Positions 1-9,160 are shown, numbered from the stretch's first letter. The stretch is 64,000 nucleotides of DNA from Candidatus Moraniibacteriota bacterium (GCA_963743885.1 CAVURJ010000001.1:76949-140948), one strand, 5' to 3'. Numbers and translations: made by a program. Notes: generated from the letters alone by a model not told the origin.

Positions 1-1147
1 CGTTACTGGCGGTGAGAGAAGCATTGGTACCGCCGTGAGCGAGAGAGAGATAATTGGTATCGACGCTCCAGGTGCCAGAGGAAATGGTCGGGACGCCGGT
101 CGAAGCGCTCGTATTGAGGCCGGTACCGCCGTACTGGGCACCGATGGCGGTACCTTGCCAAATGCCGGCGGAAATAGTGCCGGCAGATGTGATACCCGCA
201 AAGGTGGCTGCGCCAGCAGACGTGATACCCCAATTATCATCCGTGATGGAGACGCCGGTCGAAGCAACGTTGCCGATGGTAATCGTATCCGCACCACCAT
301 TGCCGATGGTGATCGTGTCTGTACCAGTTGAACCAAGGGTCACGGTCGTAGCGGACGTAGCAGTGAGCGATGTACCGGTGACGGAAACCGAATCATTCAA
401 GCTGATAACGCCAACACCGGCAGCGGTAAGCGTCAAATCTTCGCCAGTCGCCGTAGTCATGTCTGTCGTAGCGCCCGAAAAGACCAGACCGGTCGAGCCG
501 ATGGTCTTGTTGGTGAGCGTCTGCGCCGTCGCGAGGTCGGCGATCGTGATGGTACCGGACGGAAGTGTCGCCGTCGTCGAGGCAGTCGCAGTGAGCGTCA
601 TCGGGAAGGCGCCGGATGTCGAGAAGGCATCCGCGAAGGACACGGTCTTACCGTTTGCGACGGTGAGAGTACCGGTCGTGTCGGTCACCGTGAGGCCATG
701 GACCTTGTCCGCGTTCATGGCGTACGGAGCGGCCGTAAAGCGCACGAGCGGGGTCATCTGGCCGTTCGCGTTGAAGTTGATGCCAAGGTAGATGTTGTCG
801 GTGTTGAAATCAACCGAGCCAGGCAGCGTCGTGGTGTCGCCGAGATCAGTCTGGAAAATACCGTCCGTGACCGTGATGCTCTTGGATTCGCGCCACACGG
901 CATCGTTGTTCGCACCGCTCGTACAAGCCGTGGCCGGACTGCCGGTCGTGTAGAGACAAAACAGGAATGTGTAGCTGCCGTTCGTGACGTTGGTCCCGTC
1001 GGTATTGGTCACCTTACCCTGGAAGTTGATCTGGCGATTGATGCCAGCAGCAGCCTGTACAGAGGCAGAAAAAAGCCAAAAGCCCCCCATCCCGAGGATG
1101 GTGGCTACGAGCAGCACGCTGATGATATTTTTGTTTTTCCCCTCCAT
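1..1147 (-). CDS. Large secreted Thr/Gly/Ser/Asn-rich repetitive cell-surface protein, N-terminal ~380 aa (C-terminus lies beyond the window start)
   Basis: Manual reverse translation from ATG at 1147..1145 gives MEGKNKNIISVLLVATILGMGGFWLFSASVQAAAGINRQINFQGKV..., a signal peptide or TM helix, then a long stop-free T/G/S/N-rich sequence with short repeats (GSTGTDTITIGNGGADTITIGN, IGAQYGGTG). It is absent from the ORF track because there is no stop inside the window. Plus-strand ORFs 54..791 and 698..1213 are its antisense. Confidence 0.6.
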   Translation of the reverse strand, partial: MEGKNKNIISVLLVATILGMGGFWLFSASVQAAAGINRQINFQGKVTNTDGTNVTNGSYTFLFCLYTTGSPATACTSGANNDAVWRESKSITVTDGIFQTDLGDTTTLPGSVDFNTDNIYLGINFNANGQMTPLVRFTAAPYAMNADKVHGLTVTDTTGTLTVANGKTVSFADAFSTSGAFPMTLTATASTTATLPSGTITIADLATAQTLTNKTIGSTGLVFSGATTDMTTATGEDLTLTAAGVGVISLNDSVSVTGTSLTATSATTVTLGSTGTDTITIGNGGADTITIGNVASTGVSITDDNWGITSAGAATFAGITSAGTISAGIWQGTAIGAQYGGTGLNTSASTGVPTISSGTWSVDTNYLSLAHGGTNASLTASN

Positions 1148-1236
1148 AACCCCTTTAAAGAAGCAAAAACGGGAGAAGGTCTATCTTTTTCTTTCTTCGC
1201 CCGTTTCCATTGAACTCACTATCTATTATACACGAA

Positions 1237-1265
1237 AAAAATGGCTTAGTCAAGCCATAAACAGT
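1237..1265 (-). terminator. Hairpin (tggctt/aagcca) plus T-run on the minus strand
   Basis: aatggcttagtcaagccat flanked by A7 on plus (T-run on minus). It is the second of two tandem terminators downstream of the 1394..2011 gene. Confidence 0.35.
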
Positions 1266-1347
1266 TTGACGTATATAGAGAGTCATTTCATGCATTTCAC
1301 GAAAGATAGAAAGTCGGCCACTATTTTCCGCGTTGTCAAGAAAACAA

Positions 1348-1375
1348 AAAATGGCTTTTTTAAGCCATTATAGTA
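1348..1375 (-). terminator. Rho-independent terminator-like hairpin for the 1394..2011 gene
   Basis: aaaaaatggcttttttaagccatta; the minus-strand reading gives a hairpin followed by a T-run immediately after the stop at 1394. Confidence 0.4.
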
Positions 1376-1393
1376 AAAAACAGAAAAGTCCGG

Positions 1394-2011
1394 TCACTTT
1401 TTGAAGGAAAAACTACCGAGAATATCCTGGAAGTCTTTTTCGATACGATCCGGATCAGCAAAAGATTGCGAACTAACGCTTACTGTAGCCAAAATACCGC
1501 TTCCCAGGATAAAAGCTGTCTTCTCATACCCCTCTTCTTTCTTCGTAAAGACGACTCCCTCGGATCCATCAGCTATTTTCCCTTTTTCTCGGCCATATTG
1601 TGCCTTCTTGACATCATTCCGGAGGCGATAAGCCGGGATATCATCAAGTGTCTTGCCATGCATATCCATGATAGCGAAGGCAAACGTCCTTGACGACATT
1701 CCCGATGCGACAAAAACACCCTTTTCAAGCGACACCGTATCCGGATCGGTCTCACGCGGCGTATATCCGCCAGGATACGAGAAAATGGCGTATTGCCCAT
1801 CAAATCGGACTGGGGAAAGCAATGCCTCCGTCTCGGCCTGCGTCGGTCCCTGCTCGATGGTCCGGACTACGCCGACGGCTGGGCGATTGAAAAGCCAAAC
1901 AAGCAACGCAATCGCGATGACAACAAGCGCTACAAACACGATAAGCAAGGTCTTTTTCCAGCTTTTCTTTGACTTTTCCTCTGGATTCTTCTCTGATACA
2001 GATTCAGTCAT
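1394..2011 (-). CDS. Hypothetical N-terminally membrane-anchored protein
   Basis: 205-aa ORF. A Lys/Glu-rich N-terminus is followed by one TM helix (LLIVFVALVVIAIALLVWLF) and a roughly 160-aa soluble domain. It is co-oriented with the surface-protein locus. Confidence 0.45.
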   Translation of the reverse strand: MTESVSEKNPEEKSKKSWKKTLLIVFVALVVIAIALLVWLFNRPAVGVVRTIEQGPTQAETEALLSPVRFDGQYAIFSYPGGYTPRETDPDTVSLEKGVFVASGMSSRTFAFAIMDMHGKTLDDIPAYRLRNDVKKAQYGREKGKIADGSEGVVFTKKEEGYEKTAFILGSGILATVSVSSQSFADPDRIEKDFQDILGSFSFKK

Positions 2012-2086
2012 ATCGTCACAATCTTTTTCTCTTTGTTTTTTCTTATTTCTTGTCTCTTGTCCCTTTTATCTCTTATCACTCATCCC

Positions 2087-3022
2087 TTATCCTCTTGCTC
2101 GGCGCTTCCGCCTCACTACTCTATCAGCCGCAAAGACTGCTATCAGGCCGATACATCCAGCGATGAAGGCTGGCGGTACGACAAATACCCGCTCTTCTAC
2201 GGTTTCAAAGGCTTCCAGGCCATCGTAGCGGTACCCGAGACGGAGCGTATACACGCCAGGAACCCAAGCAGTCATCACTGGCCGCATCTTGACAACTATA
2301 TCACGTGTCGCTCCAGGCAATACGATGGAAGAATCCTCATTCACGATACCTTTTGCTACCAGACGACCTCGAGGATCAAGCAGATCCGACCGACCGCGCG
2401 GCACGATATGCACGTTGCCCATATTGCGGAAAGCGAGCCGCATCGAACGCACCGAGCCAAAAATATCCCGATCCATCGAAGATGAAACGAATTCCATGCC
2501 ATAGCGCTCACCGCCCATTTTTTTCATGAAAACAAGGGCTGAGATGCGCTGTTCAAGAGCAATATTGGCCGGTCCACTCCGAAGCACATCAGGATTGCCC
2601 GCATCAAAGAGAATAGACCCGTAATGTCCGCCTGGTGCCAGATCAGGCGTATTCACCAATCGGCCACGAAGCTCAGCCGTACCACCAGCCGGCACGGTCA
2701 CGCTATCGCTCTCAAGCGCTATCCAGGACGCCCGATCATACGACTGCTCAATATCACGTGCGGCACCAAGGAAAGCTGTACCAGCGGAAATATCCAGCGA
2801 TCCAAAATCCACCGCGAATGCAGAAAAATGCACATCAGACGGCGAATCGTTCGAAAGCGTGATTGTAAAAGGCTTTTCCGTCTCGCCCGGCTCGAAAACG
2901 AGATCGCTCAAGAAAGGCTCAACAGAAACACCTATTCCCGCTGCTTGCGCGGGAATAGCAAAGATACAAGAGACGAGAGACAAGAAACAAACGGCGGAAA
3001 AGACAACAAGGAGAGCGCGCAT
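2087..3022 (-). CDS. Secreted cell-surface protein with signal peptide and C-terminal TM anchor plus basic tail; divergent paralog of the two downstream genes (DUF916/DUF3324-like architecture by topology)
   Basis: The ORF track extends the ORF to 3328, but the plausible start is ATG at 3022 (MRALLVVFSAVCFLSLVSCIFAIPAQA signal peptide). C-terminus ...PPAFIAGCIGLIAVFAADRVVRRKRRARG. Shares FRNMGNVHIVPRG (vs VRNSGNVHVAPRG) and GHYGSILF (vs GYYYAVVF) with 3208..4251 and 4268..5305. Confidence 0.55.
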   Translation of the reverse strand: MRALLVVFSAVCFLSLVSCIFAIPAQAAGIGVSVEPFLSDLVFEPGETEKPFTITLSNDSPSDVHFSAFAVDFGSLDISAGTAFLGAARDIEQSYDRASWIALESDSVTVPAGGTAELRGRLVNTPDLAPGGHYGSILFDAGNPDVLRSGPANIALEQRISALVFMKKMGGERYGMEFVSSSMDRDIFGSVRSMRLAFRNMGNVHIVPRGRSDLLDPRGRLVAKGIVNEDSSIVLPGATRDIVVKMRPVMTAWVPGVYTLRLGYRYDGLEAFETVEERVFVVPPAFIAGCIGLIAVFAADRVVRRKRRARG

Positions 3023-3207
3023 AAGAAATCGTAACAATATGTCGACTACAAAACGAATCTTTGCGTTTTTTCTGTCATTCCGAGCTTGTCGAGGAATCCC
3101 GTGCCAAAAAGGAAGAGGTAAGATTCTTCGCGAAGCCCCCCCGCCTTTGGCGGGCTCAGAATGACAACGACTTGTTTTGTGATCGCTATAACTACGACTC
3201 CAGTATA

Positions 3208-4251
3208 TCAGGCTTTGCCGAAAGTACGTATCTTGCGATAGAAGCCAAGGAAGGTATTCTTGAAACCGATGAAGGCGAAGAAAAGAATCACTGCTGACGC
3301 CCCAATCACCCTCCAAGGCATCACCCAAAATGATACCTCCGCCTCAAGCGGGACATCACGAGTACCATCGTCGTAGGCCATGACCAGCTTGGCCGTATAC
3401 TTGCCGAAACGGAGTTTGTGAGCCTGCGAGAAATCCCATTGGAGTTCAGAAATCGGCTGTCCATCCTCATCAAAGACGGTGCGATCGCCATCACGCTTTT
3501 CAATACGAAGCGGGAATCCATCCTCCCATTTAACCGAGTAGATACGGTTGGAATCAGGAAGAATATTCCCCATCCCCTCATTAACGTCCAAAAGAGCAAC
3601 TTGTTTGTCTGTAGTAGAACTAATAAAAATATTGCCCCTCGGAGCCACATGGACATTGCCAGAATTTCTCACCTTAACATTGAATGTTGTCGGGAGAAAT
3701 TCATACCATGAACGATCGGTGGAAAACTCCGCAATCTGCGCCTCTCTTCTTGCATCCGGAGTCCTCACATCAAGCAAAACAAGAACTGCCGAACCGCCAG
3801 TAATAGCCGTCTGTCGTACTCCTGTTTTGACCTCTTCATCAGCCCTGGAAAATACGACTGCGTAGTAATAGCCAAATGAAGCGCTCTTGGGCGGATTGAG
3901 CGTCGTGGTAATCGTTTTCCATTCCTGTGGATCGATATTGAAAGCATCCTCCGAGAAAGAAATCCACTTGATGAAATCATCGCTCGGCTCCGGATCCATG
4001 AGCTGCGGCTGGCCGTTTTCCTGGTATGCCTTAAACTTCATCAGGCTCGCCTTGATCCTTTCCGACTGACTGCCGCCATTCTTAATCTTGATTTGAGCAG
4101 ATACTGGTGCTCCTGGCTCGGTAACGAGGCTGATTGGAAGCGGGGACGTGACAAGATTCAAGCTACCATCAGATTGAGCAGAAGCAACCGGAATAGCAAT
4201 CAAAAAACAGAGTACAATAAACAGTGAGCCAGAGAAGAGATGTTTGGTCAT
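3208..4251 (-). CDS. Secreted surface protein with C-terminal TM anchor, tandem duplicate copy 1
   Basis: The ORF track start at 4359 reads through the upstream copy's C-terminal codons. The real start is ATG at 4251 (MTKHLFSGSLFIVLCFLIAIPVASA). Roughly 320 aa are identical to 4268..5305 except one residue (DVPLEAEV vs DVQLEAEV). The C-terminal TM/basic tail is unique (SAVILFFAFIGFKNTFLGFYRKIRTFGKA). Confidence 0.55.
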   Translation of the reverse strand: MTKHLFSGSLFIVLCFLIAIPVASAQSDGSLNLVTSPLPISLVTEPGAPVSAQIKIKNGGSQSERIKASLMKFKAYQENGQPQLMDPEPSDDFIKWISFSEDAFNIDPQEWKTITTTLNPPKSASFGYYYAVVFSRADEEVKTGVRQTAITGGSAVLVLLDVRTPDARREAQIAEFSTDRSWYEFLPTTFNVKVRNSGNVHVAPRGNIFISSTTDKQVALLDVNEGMGNILPDSNRIYSVKWEDGFPLRIEKRDGDRTVFDEDGQPISELQWDFSQAHKLRFGKYTAKLVMAYDDGTRDVPLEAEVSFWVMPWRVIGASAVILFFAFIGFKNTFLGFYRKIRTFGKA

Positions 4252-4267
4252 ATGAGAAGCCATAGGG

Positions 4268-5305
4268 CTATTGCTGGAGCGCCTTAAGCCGGCGTCGCAG
4301 GCGGATGACGTACATGGTGAGACCGACAATAAGCGCGAAGTTAAGAAGCGCGGCTCCAATCACTCTCCAAGGCATCACCCAAAATGATACCTCCGCCTCA
4401 AGCTGGACATCACGAGTACCATCGTCGTAGGCCATGACCAGCTTGGCCGTATACTTGCCGAAACGGAGTTTGTGAGCCTGCGAGAAATCCCATTGGAGTT
4501 CAGAAATCGGCTGTCCATCCTCATCAAAGACGGTGCGATCGCCATCACGCTTTTCAATACGAAGCGGGAATCCATCCTCCCATTTAACCGAGTAGATACG
4601 GTTGGAATCAGGAAGAATATTCCCCATCCCCTCATTAACGTCCAAAAGAGCAACTTGTTTGTCTGTAGTAGAACTAATAAAAATATTGCCCCTCGGAGCC
4701 ACATGGACATTGCCAGAATTTCTCACCTTAACATTGAATGTTGTCGGGAGAAATTCATACCATGAACGATCGGTGGAAAACTCCGCAATCTGCGCCTCTC
4801 TTCTTGCATCCGGAGTCCTCACATCAAGCAAAACAAGAACTGCCGAACCGCCAGTAATAGCCGTCTGTCGTACTCCTGTTTTGACCTCTTCATCAGCCCT
4901 GGAAAATACGACTGCGTAGTAATAGCCAAATGAAGCGCTCTTGGGCGGATTGAGCGTCGTGGTAATCGTTTTCCATTCCTGTGGATCGATATTGAAAGCA
5001 TCCTCCGAGAAAGAAATCCACTTGATGAAATCATCGCTCGGCTCCGGATCCATGAGCTGCGGCTGGCCGTTTTCCTGGTATGCCTTAAACTTCATCAGGC
5101 TCGCCTTGATCCTTTCCGACTGACTGCCGCCATTCTTAATCTTGATTTGAGCAGATACTGGTGCTCCTGGCTCGGTAACGAGGCTGATTGGAAGCGGGGA
5201 CGTGACAAGATTCAAGCTACCATCAGATTGAGCAGAAGCAACCGGAATAGCAATCAAAAAACAGAGTACAATAAACAGTGAGCCAGAGAAGAGATGTTTG
5301 GTCAT
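4268..5305 (-). CDS. Secreted surface protein with C-terminal TM anchor, tandem duplicate copy 2
   Basis: 345 aa with signal peptide MTKHLFSGSLFIVLCFLIAIPVASAQS and C-terminal ...VIGAALLNFALIVGLTMYVIRLRRRLKALQQ. Its stop lies 16 bp from the start of copy 1. Confidence 0.6.
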   Translation of the reverse strand: MTKHLFSGSLFIVLCFLIAIPVASAQSDGSLNLVTSPLPISLVTEPGAPVSAQIKIKNGGSQSERIKASLMKFKAYQENGQPQLMDPEPSDDFIKWISFSEDAFNIDPQEWKTITTTLNPPKSASFGYYYAVVFSRADEEVKTGVRQTAITGGSAVLVLLDVRTPDARREAQIAEFSTDRSWYEFLPTTFNVKVRNSGNVHVAPRGNIFISSTTDKQVALLDVNEGMGNILPDSNRIYSVKWEDGFPLRIEKRDGDRTVFDEDGQPISELQWDFSQAHKLRFGKYTAKLVMAYDDGTRDVQLEAEVSFWVMPWRVIGAALLNFALIVGLTMYVIRLRRRLKALQQ

Positions 5306-5418
5306 ATATCTATCATCACTTATCTTTTATCCCTCATCTACTATCTAGGATTTCCCCAAGTATACCCCTTTTTCAGCCAAAACAAAACCCCCTCCTTTCG
5401 GAGGGGGTTAAAAATTCT

Positions 5419-6498
5419 CTAGAATCGACCCGCAGCCACAATAGTGAGTGTATCGGTATAATCCGAAGCTGCTGCCTGCACTGCCGAAATCTTCGCGCGC
5501 TCGATAAGGGTCAAGACATCTCCGCTCGCCACGCCATCACAAGAAGCAATCGGTTGGAAAGAAGTTGAAAGGGTTCCGCCTGAAGTTGTATTTGCACCAA
5601 GGTATTCCGGATCAATAACAAGGTTCGAACTTCCAGAACATGTCTCCGTTGTTTCATCAACATCCAAGACGTAACCGGTTAATGAGGCCAAATCTGAAGG
5701 AGCTCCATTTACCGTTCCAGCTGTAGCAATAGAGGCTGAGGCAACGGTCGAATTCAAAGCCGCATTAGCGCTCTTAACCCAAGCTATCCATCCATCCTGA
5801 GCATTAGTAGCAACAGTTAATGTATTTCCGTATGTTGAAGTCGTCGTCGTAGAAAGATTTCCCGTAAACGAATCCGTATTCGCATCGGCATCGGCATCGG
5901 CTCCATCACCAAATACGACACTGAATGTCGGTGGAACGGTTGCGGAAATTACCAGTTGATCATTAGCTATGACGGACAGCGCGTAGCTGGAAGAATCTAT
6001 TGTGGCCGCCCCGCTTGTTCGCGTGGTAATAGTTCCGACCTGATCATTTCCAAGCGCGCCAGTAGTCAATGTTGATGTTCCAGTGAAGTGAAAGCAGTAC
6101 ATGGTTCCAACAACAAGATCCCCGGAAGGGAATGTGACCGTCTTACCCGAAACCGAGTCCGCATCAGTTACGCCAGATGTCATACCAATCCAAAACGTTG
6201 ATCCTGTCGGAAGATTAGTATCATCCACTACCCAGTTCGTTGCGGTGCTATTCACTGTAAAATCAGTTCCTGCTACCGTTGGGAAAGTGACCTGAACATC
6301 ACTCTCGGTATTGGCAGTCGCTGGCCGGGCACACACCGTACCACCGGTTGTTGTAACATCACTTATACGATCAAGCCGAACATACGCTTGCTGGAAGTTC
6401 GCCGCTTCAACCTTATTTACGAGAATCGGGAGAACAATGACTAAAAGAAGTACAATCGCCTCAAGCACGGCCGTCCTCCGGATAAACATTCGCTTCAT
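5419..6498 (-). CDS. Secreted Thr/Ser/Gly-rich surface protein, paralog of 6684..7766 (WxL-like role inferred from locus context only)
   Basis: 359 aa with signal peptide MKRMFIRRTAVLEAIVLLLVIVLPILVNKVEA. C-terminal motif DYTDTLTIVAAGRF matches DYVETLTVIASGSF of the neighbouring gene. Contains a G/D/A low-complexity stretch (GDGADADADANTD). Confidence 0.5.
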   Translation of the reverse strand: MKRMFIRRTAVLEAIVLLLVIVLPILVNKVEAANFQQAYVRLDRISDVTTTGGTVCARPATANTESDVQVTFPTVAGTDFTVNSTATNWVVDDTNLPTGSTFWIGMTSGVTDADSVSGKTVTFPSGDLVVGTMYCFHFTGTSTLTTGALGNDQVGTITTRTSGAATIDSSSYALSVIANDQLVISATVPPTFSVVFGDGADADADANTDSFTGNLSTTTTSTYGNTLTVATNAQDGWIAWVKSANAALNSTVASASIATAGTVNGAPSDLASLTGYVLDVDETTETCSGSSNLVIDPEYLGANTTSGGTLSTSFQPIASCDGVASGDVLTLIERAKISAVQAAASDYTDTLTIVAAGRF

Positions 6499-6683
6499 AC
6501 TTTTCGATTAATGTTCGTTTTGTTCGAAAACACGAGAGTTTTCACTCGCTCACTTACCATTATACACGAAAAATGCTCGCTCGTCAAAGATTTCATCTAT
6601 ACGGACCGATACAGACTCTACGCTGACTCGCACGGACGGGTGCAAATCATACACCGATTCATACTGACCTCATGAAAACATCA

Positions 6684-7766
6684 TCAGAAACTTCCCGAAG
6701 CGATGACGGTGAGCGTCTCGACATAATCGCCAGCAGCAGGAGTAGTGTTCGCAGACTTGGCCTTGAGGACGAACGAGCCGCGGCCGGCTGTGATCGGTGC
6801 AGAAGTCGAGAAGATTTCGCGGATAGTCGTATTCGTCACGCCGACCGTATCAGAGCTGCCATTATACGGTGCGACGAGTGCGAGTGGGCCGCCTGACCCC
6901 TGGGCTACCGAGGCTCCTTGAGCACCAAAACCGCTCTGGGCAGCGGAAAGATCGGCCGTTGCCGAAGAGATAGTATGGCTCGCTGTCGAGCTGTACAGGC
7001 CGCCATTGGCAGAGCTCACATAGACCTTGCCGCCGGTCGTGCCATTGGTATCAAGATCAATCCAGACACGATTTCCGCTCGTTACAACCGACCCGGCTGG
7101 CAAGCTTCCGAGGTCGATATCCCGTATCTCATTTTCATCCGATGACGATGTTCCTATATCAATATCAAATGAAAGCTGCGGGTTCGATGTCGCGACAGCG
7201 GCTGTCGGTCCGTAGCCGGTCTCGGTAAACTTGCCCTGCCAGGCCTTCACTTTGACCGTATAGGTCGTTCCGGCCGCAAGACCGATGATGTCCATACCGC
7301 TCGCTCCGCCCCAGGCGGCATATGTCTGGTAGTCTTCGAGACCAAGCGTCGCGCCTATGGTCGCATCGCTCTGCACATAGCGCGTATCGGCTACGAAACC
7401 GTCCGTACTGATCGCGATAGCGAAGAGCGTATCGGTCGGATTGCCACCAGTCGCAAGGACGATGTGGAGCTTGTTGTAATAGTTCGAGGGATTGGTGAAG
7501 GTCGGAGCAGGCGGTACATCGGCCTGATTAGTATATTGGAGGCCTGTTCCAGCCTTATAGGCAGCGCTCGAGAGGAGCCCCTGGCTCTGCTCACCAGCAA
7601 GCGTCTCTGCGGCATAGTCAGTCGACGTCGCGTTGCTCGTCCCACCACTCCCGAAGCTGTAATTCTGGAGCTGATAGCTCGTAGACGCAGGCATCACGAG
7701 CATGATAAAAAGTCCCGATGGGATAGGAAGGATGCGCCGCAAAAGATGACGAAAATACTGCTGCAT
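6684..7766 (-). CDS. Secreted Thr/Ser/Gly-rich surface protein, paralog of 5419..6498
   Basis: 360 aa with N-terminal hydrophobic signal and a conserved C-terminal D-Y-x-E-T-L-T-V-I-A-S-G-S-F. Confidence 0.5.
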   Translation of the reverse strand: MQQYFRHLLRRILPIPSGLFIMLVMPASTSYQLQNYSFGSGGTSNATSTDYAAETLAGEQSQGLLSSAAYKAGTGLQYTNQADVPPAPTFTNPSNYYNKLHIVLATGGNPTDTLFAIAISTDGFVADTRYVQSDATIGATLGLEDYQTYAAWGGASGMDIIGLAAGTTYTVKVKAWQGKFTETGYGPTAAVATSNPQLSFDIDIGTSSSDENEIRDIDLGSLPAGSVVTSGNRVWIDLDTNGTTGGKVYVSSANGGLYSSTASHTISSATADLSAAQSGFGAQGASVAQGSGGPLALVAPYNGSSDTVGVTNTTIREIFSTSAPITAGRGSFVLKAKSANTTPAAGDYVETLTVIASGSF

Positions 7767-7775
7767 AAGCTGACG

Positions 7776-8216
7776 CTATGATACCAAATCTGACGGCTCA
7801 GCGCACGCGTCTCGGAAAGAATGCTTGAAAAAAAGCGCGACGGCTCCAATCGTCAGGAAGACATCGGCGAGATTGAACACTGGGAAGTGCGGCAAGAAGA
7901 CATAATCCGTCACGCAACCATAAGCGAAGCGCTCATAGAAGTTGCTCGCTCCCGCCGCGATGAGCATGAGCCACGGCCATGCCTCAGAAAAATCCGCCGC
8001 CGTCCGAAAACCGTAAAAGAAAAGGAGAAAAGCGGCGAGCGCGAGTACAAAAAGTATCATTGGAGAGAACGGCATACCGAACGCTCCCCAAGCATTGCAA
8101 GAAAAATACCCTTCATCATTCCAAACAGTCACGGCTAGACGAACGATTTGGCAAAAGACAAACAAAAAAGCCGCAAAAAGGATTCCTAGCATCGCTTTCT
8201 GCGGCTTCATATACAT
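7776..8216 (-). CDS. lspA: Lipoprotein signal peptidase (signal peptidase II)
   Basis: 146 aa, 4 TM segments, with the conserved LspA motif FNLADVFLTIGAV and NFYERF. Confidence 0.7.
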   Translation of the reverse strand: MYMKPQKAMLGILFAAFLFVFCQIVRLAVTVWNDEGYFSCNAWGAFGMPFSPMILFVLALAAFLLFFYGFRTAADFSEAWPWLMLIAAGASNFYERFAYGCVTDYVFLPHFPVFNLADVFLTIGAVALFFKHSFRDACAEPSDLVS

Positions 8217-8356
8217 CTAAATCACAAATCCAAAATCTCAATTTCCAAATAAATTACAACTCTCAAATCCGAAACGCGTGCATTCCTATTTTGAGTTTTG
8301 AATTTATTATTTGTTTGGAACTTGTAATTTTGAGCTTTGAATTTCAAGAATTACCC

Positions 8357-8701
8357 TTAAATGGCCGTACGAGCGGCTGGGTAGACCTCGAGACGATCGA
8401 GCGGAATCTCTTCACCAGACTTCTCGCAGATGCCGTACACGCCCTTGTCCATCTTGGTAAGTGCATCGTTCACATCATGGAGCTGGCCTTCGAGATTGTC
8501 CTCGAGCGCCAGGTTATCGACATAGCCTTCCACTTCGGTCGCATTGTCGTCCTCATCATCGCCGATTTCCTCGATCTGCGTCTCATAGTTGCCGACAGCA
8601 TCAGTCGACTTCGCGAAACGGGACAGTTCGCTTTCGAGCCGCGCCTTCTCGGCGAGCAGCTTTTCCTTCAGTCTATCGAGCGTTGTCTGGTCAAGTGCCA
8701 T
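8357..8701 (-). CDS. DksA/TraR-family-like small regulator (weak)
   Basis: 114 aa with a coiled-coil N-terminus (LKEKLLAEKARLESELSRF), an acidic segment and a C-terminal GVYGICEKSGEEIPLDRLEVYP resembling the DksA/TraR C4 region with degenerate Cys. Confidence 0.4.
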   Translation of the reverse strand: MALDQTTLDRLKEKLLAEKARLESELSRFAKSTDAVGNYETQIEEIGDDEDDNATEVEGYVDNLALEDNLEGQLHDVNDALTKMDKGVYGICEKSGEEIPLDRLEVYPAARTAI

Positions 8702-8779
8702 ATCATTTCATCGTTACATGGTTATCATCGTTTCATTGCTTCAATGGAGCACCCTTATCTTACCAAATCAAGACCGTAT

Positions 8780-9160
8780 CTACAAGAATATGCTTTCCAG
8801 ATGCCTGATATCGGCCTTTCCTAGGGCTGGATCATACAGGATCGACAGCGCGTCGAAGGCATACGGGGCATCCTCCACCTTCTTCTCCCGAAGATAGCAC
8901 GCCGCGATCCGCTCAAGCTTGCGAAGCTTATCCCGGCCGATATTTTCCTCCGGCAACGCACCAACGCCTACTGTCCGGGTCTTCACCTCCACAAAGATGA
9001 TCCGCCCGTCTTTCTTAGCTACGATATCGATCTCGCCAAGCCGTTTCCCCGTCGTATTGCAATAATTAGTCTCCAGGATCCGATACCCCTTATCCCGAAG
9101 ATAACGGCAGCCGAGCTTCTCACCGATGCTTCCGACCTTGTTTTTTAAGAAAAACCGCAT
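8780..9160 (-). CDS. YraN/UPF0102-family endonuclease-like protein
   Basis: 126 aa; GYRILETNY...GEIDIVAKKDGRIIFVEVKTR matches the YraN (Holliday-junction-resolvase-like) core. Confidence 0.55.
   Translation of the reverse strand: MRFFLKNKVGSIGEKLGCRYLRDKGYRILETNYCNTTGKRLGEIDIVAKKDGRIIFVEVKTRTVGVGALPEENIGRDKLRKLERIAACYLREKKVEDAPYAFDALSILYDPALGKADIRHLESIFL

Noticed and set aside
54-1213. Plus-strand ORFs 54..791 and 698..1213
   Set aside because: Antisense to the large repetitive surface-protein gene, which has a clear signal peptide and repeat structure on the minus strand.
3321-4919. Duplicated small ORFs (3321..3656 = 4375..4710, 3418..3711 = 4472..4765, 3548..3865 = 4602..4919, and others)
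   Set aside because: They are out-of-frame and antisense readings of the two tandemly duplicated surface-protein genes. Their duplication merely reflects the DNA duplication.
8230-8350. Apparent repeat structure between lspA and the DksA-like gene
   Set aside because: Low-complexity A/T-rich k-mer reuse (caaaat, tttgag, ttgaa) without a consistent hairpin or tandem period. Treated as a simple AT-rich spacer.
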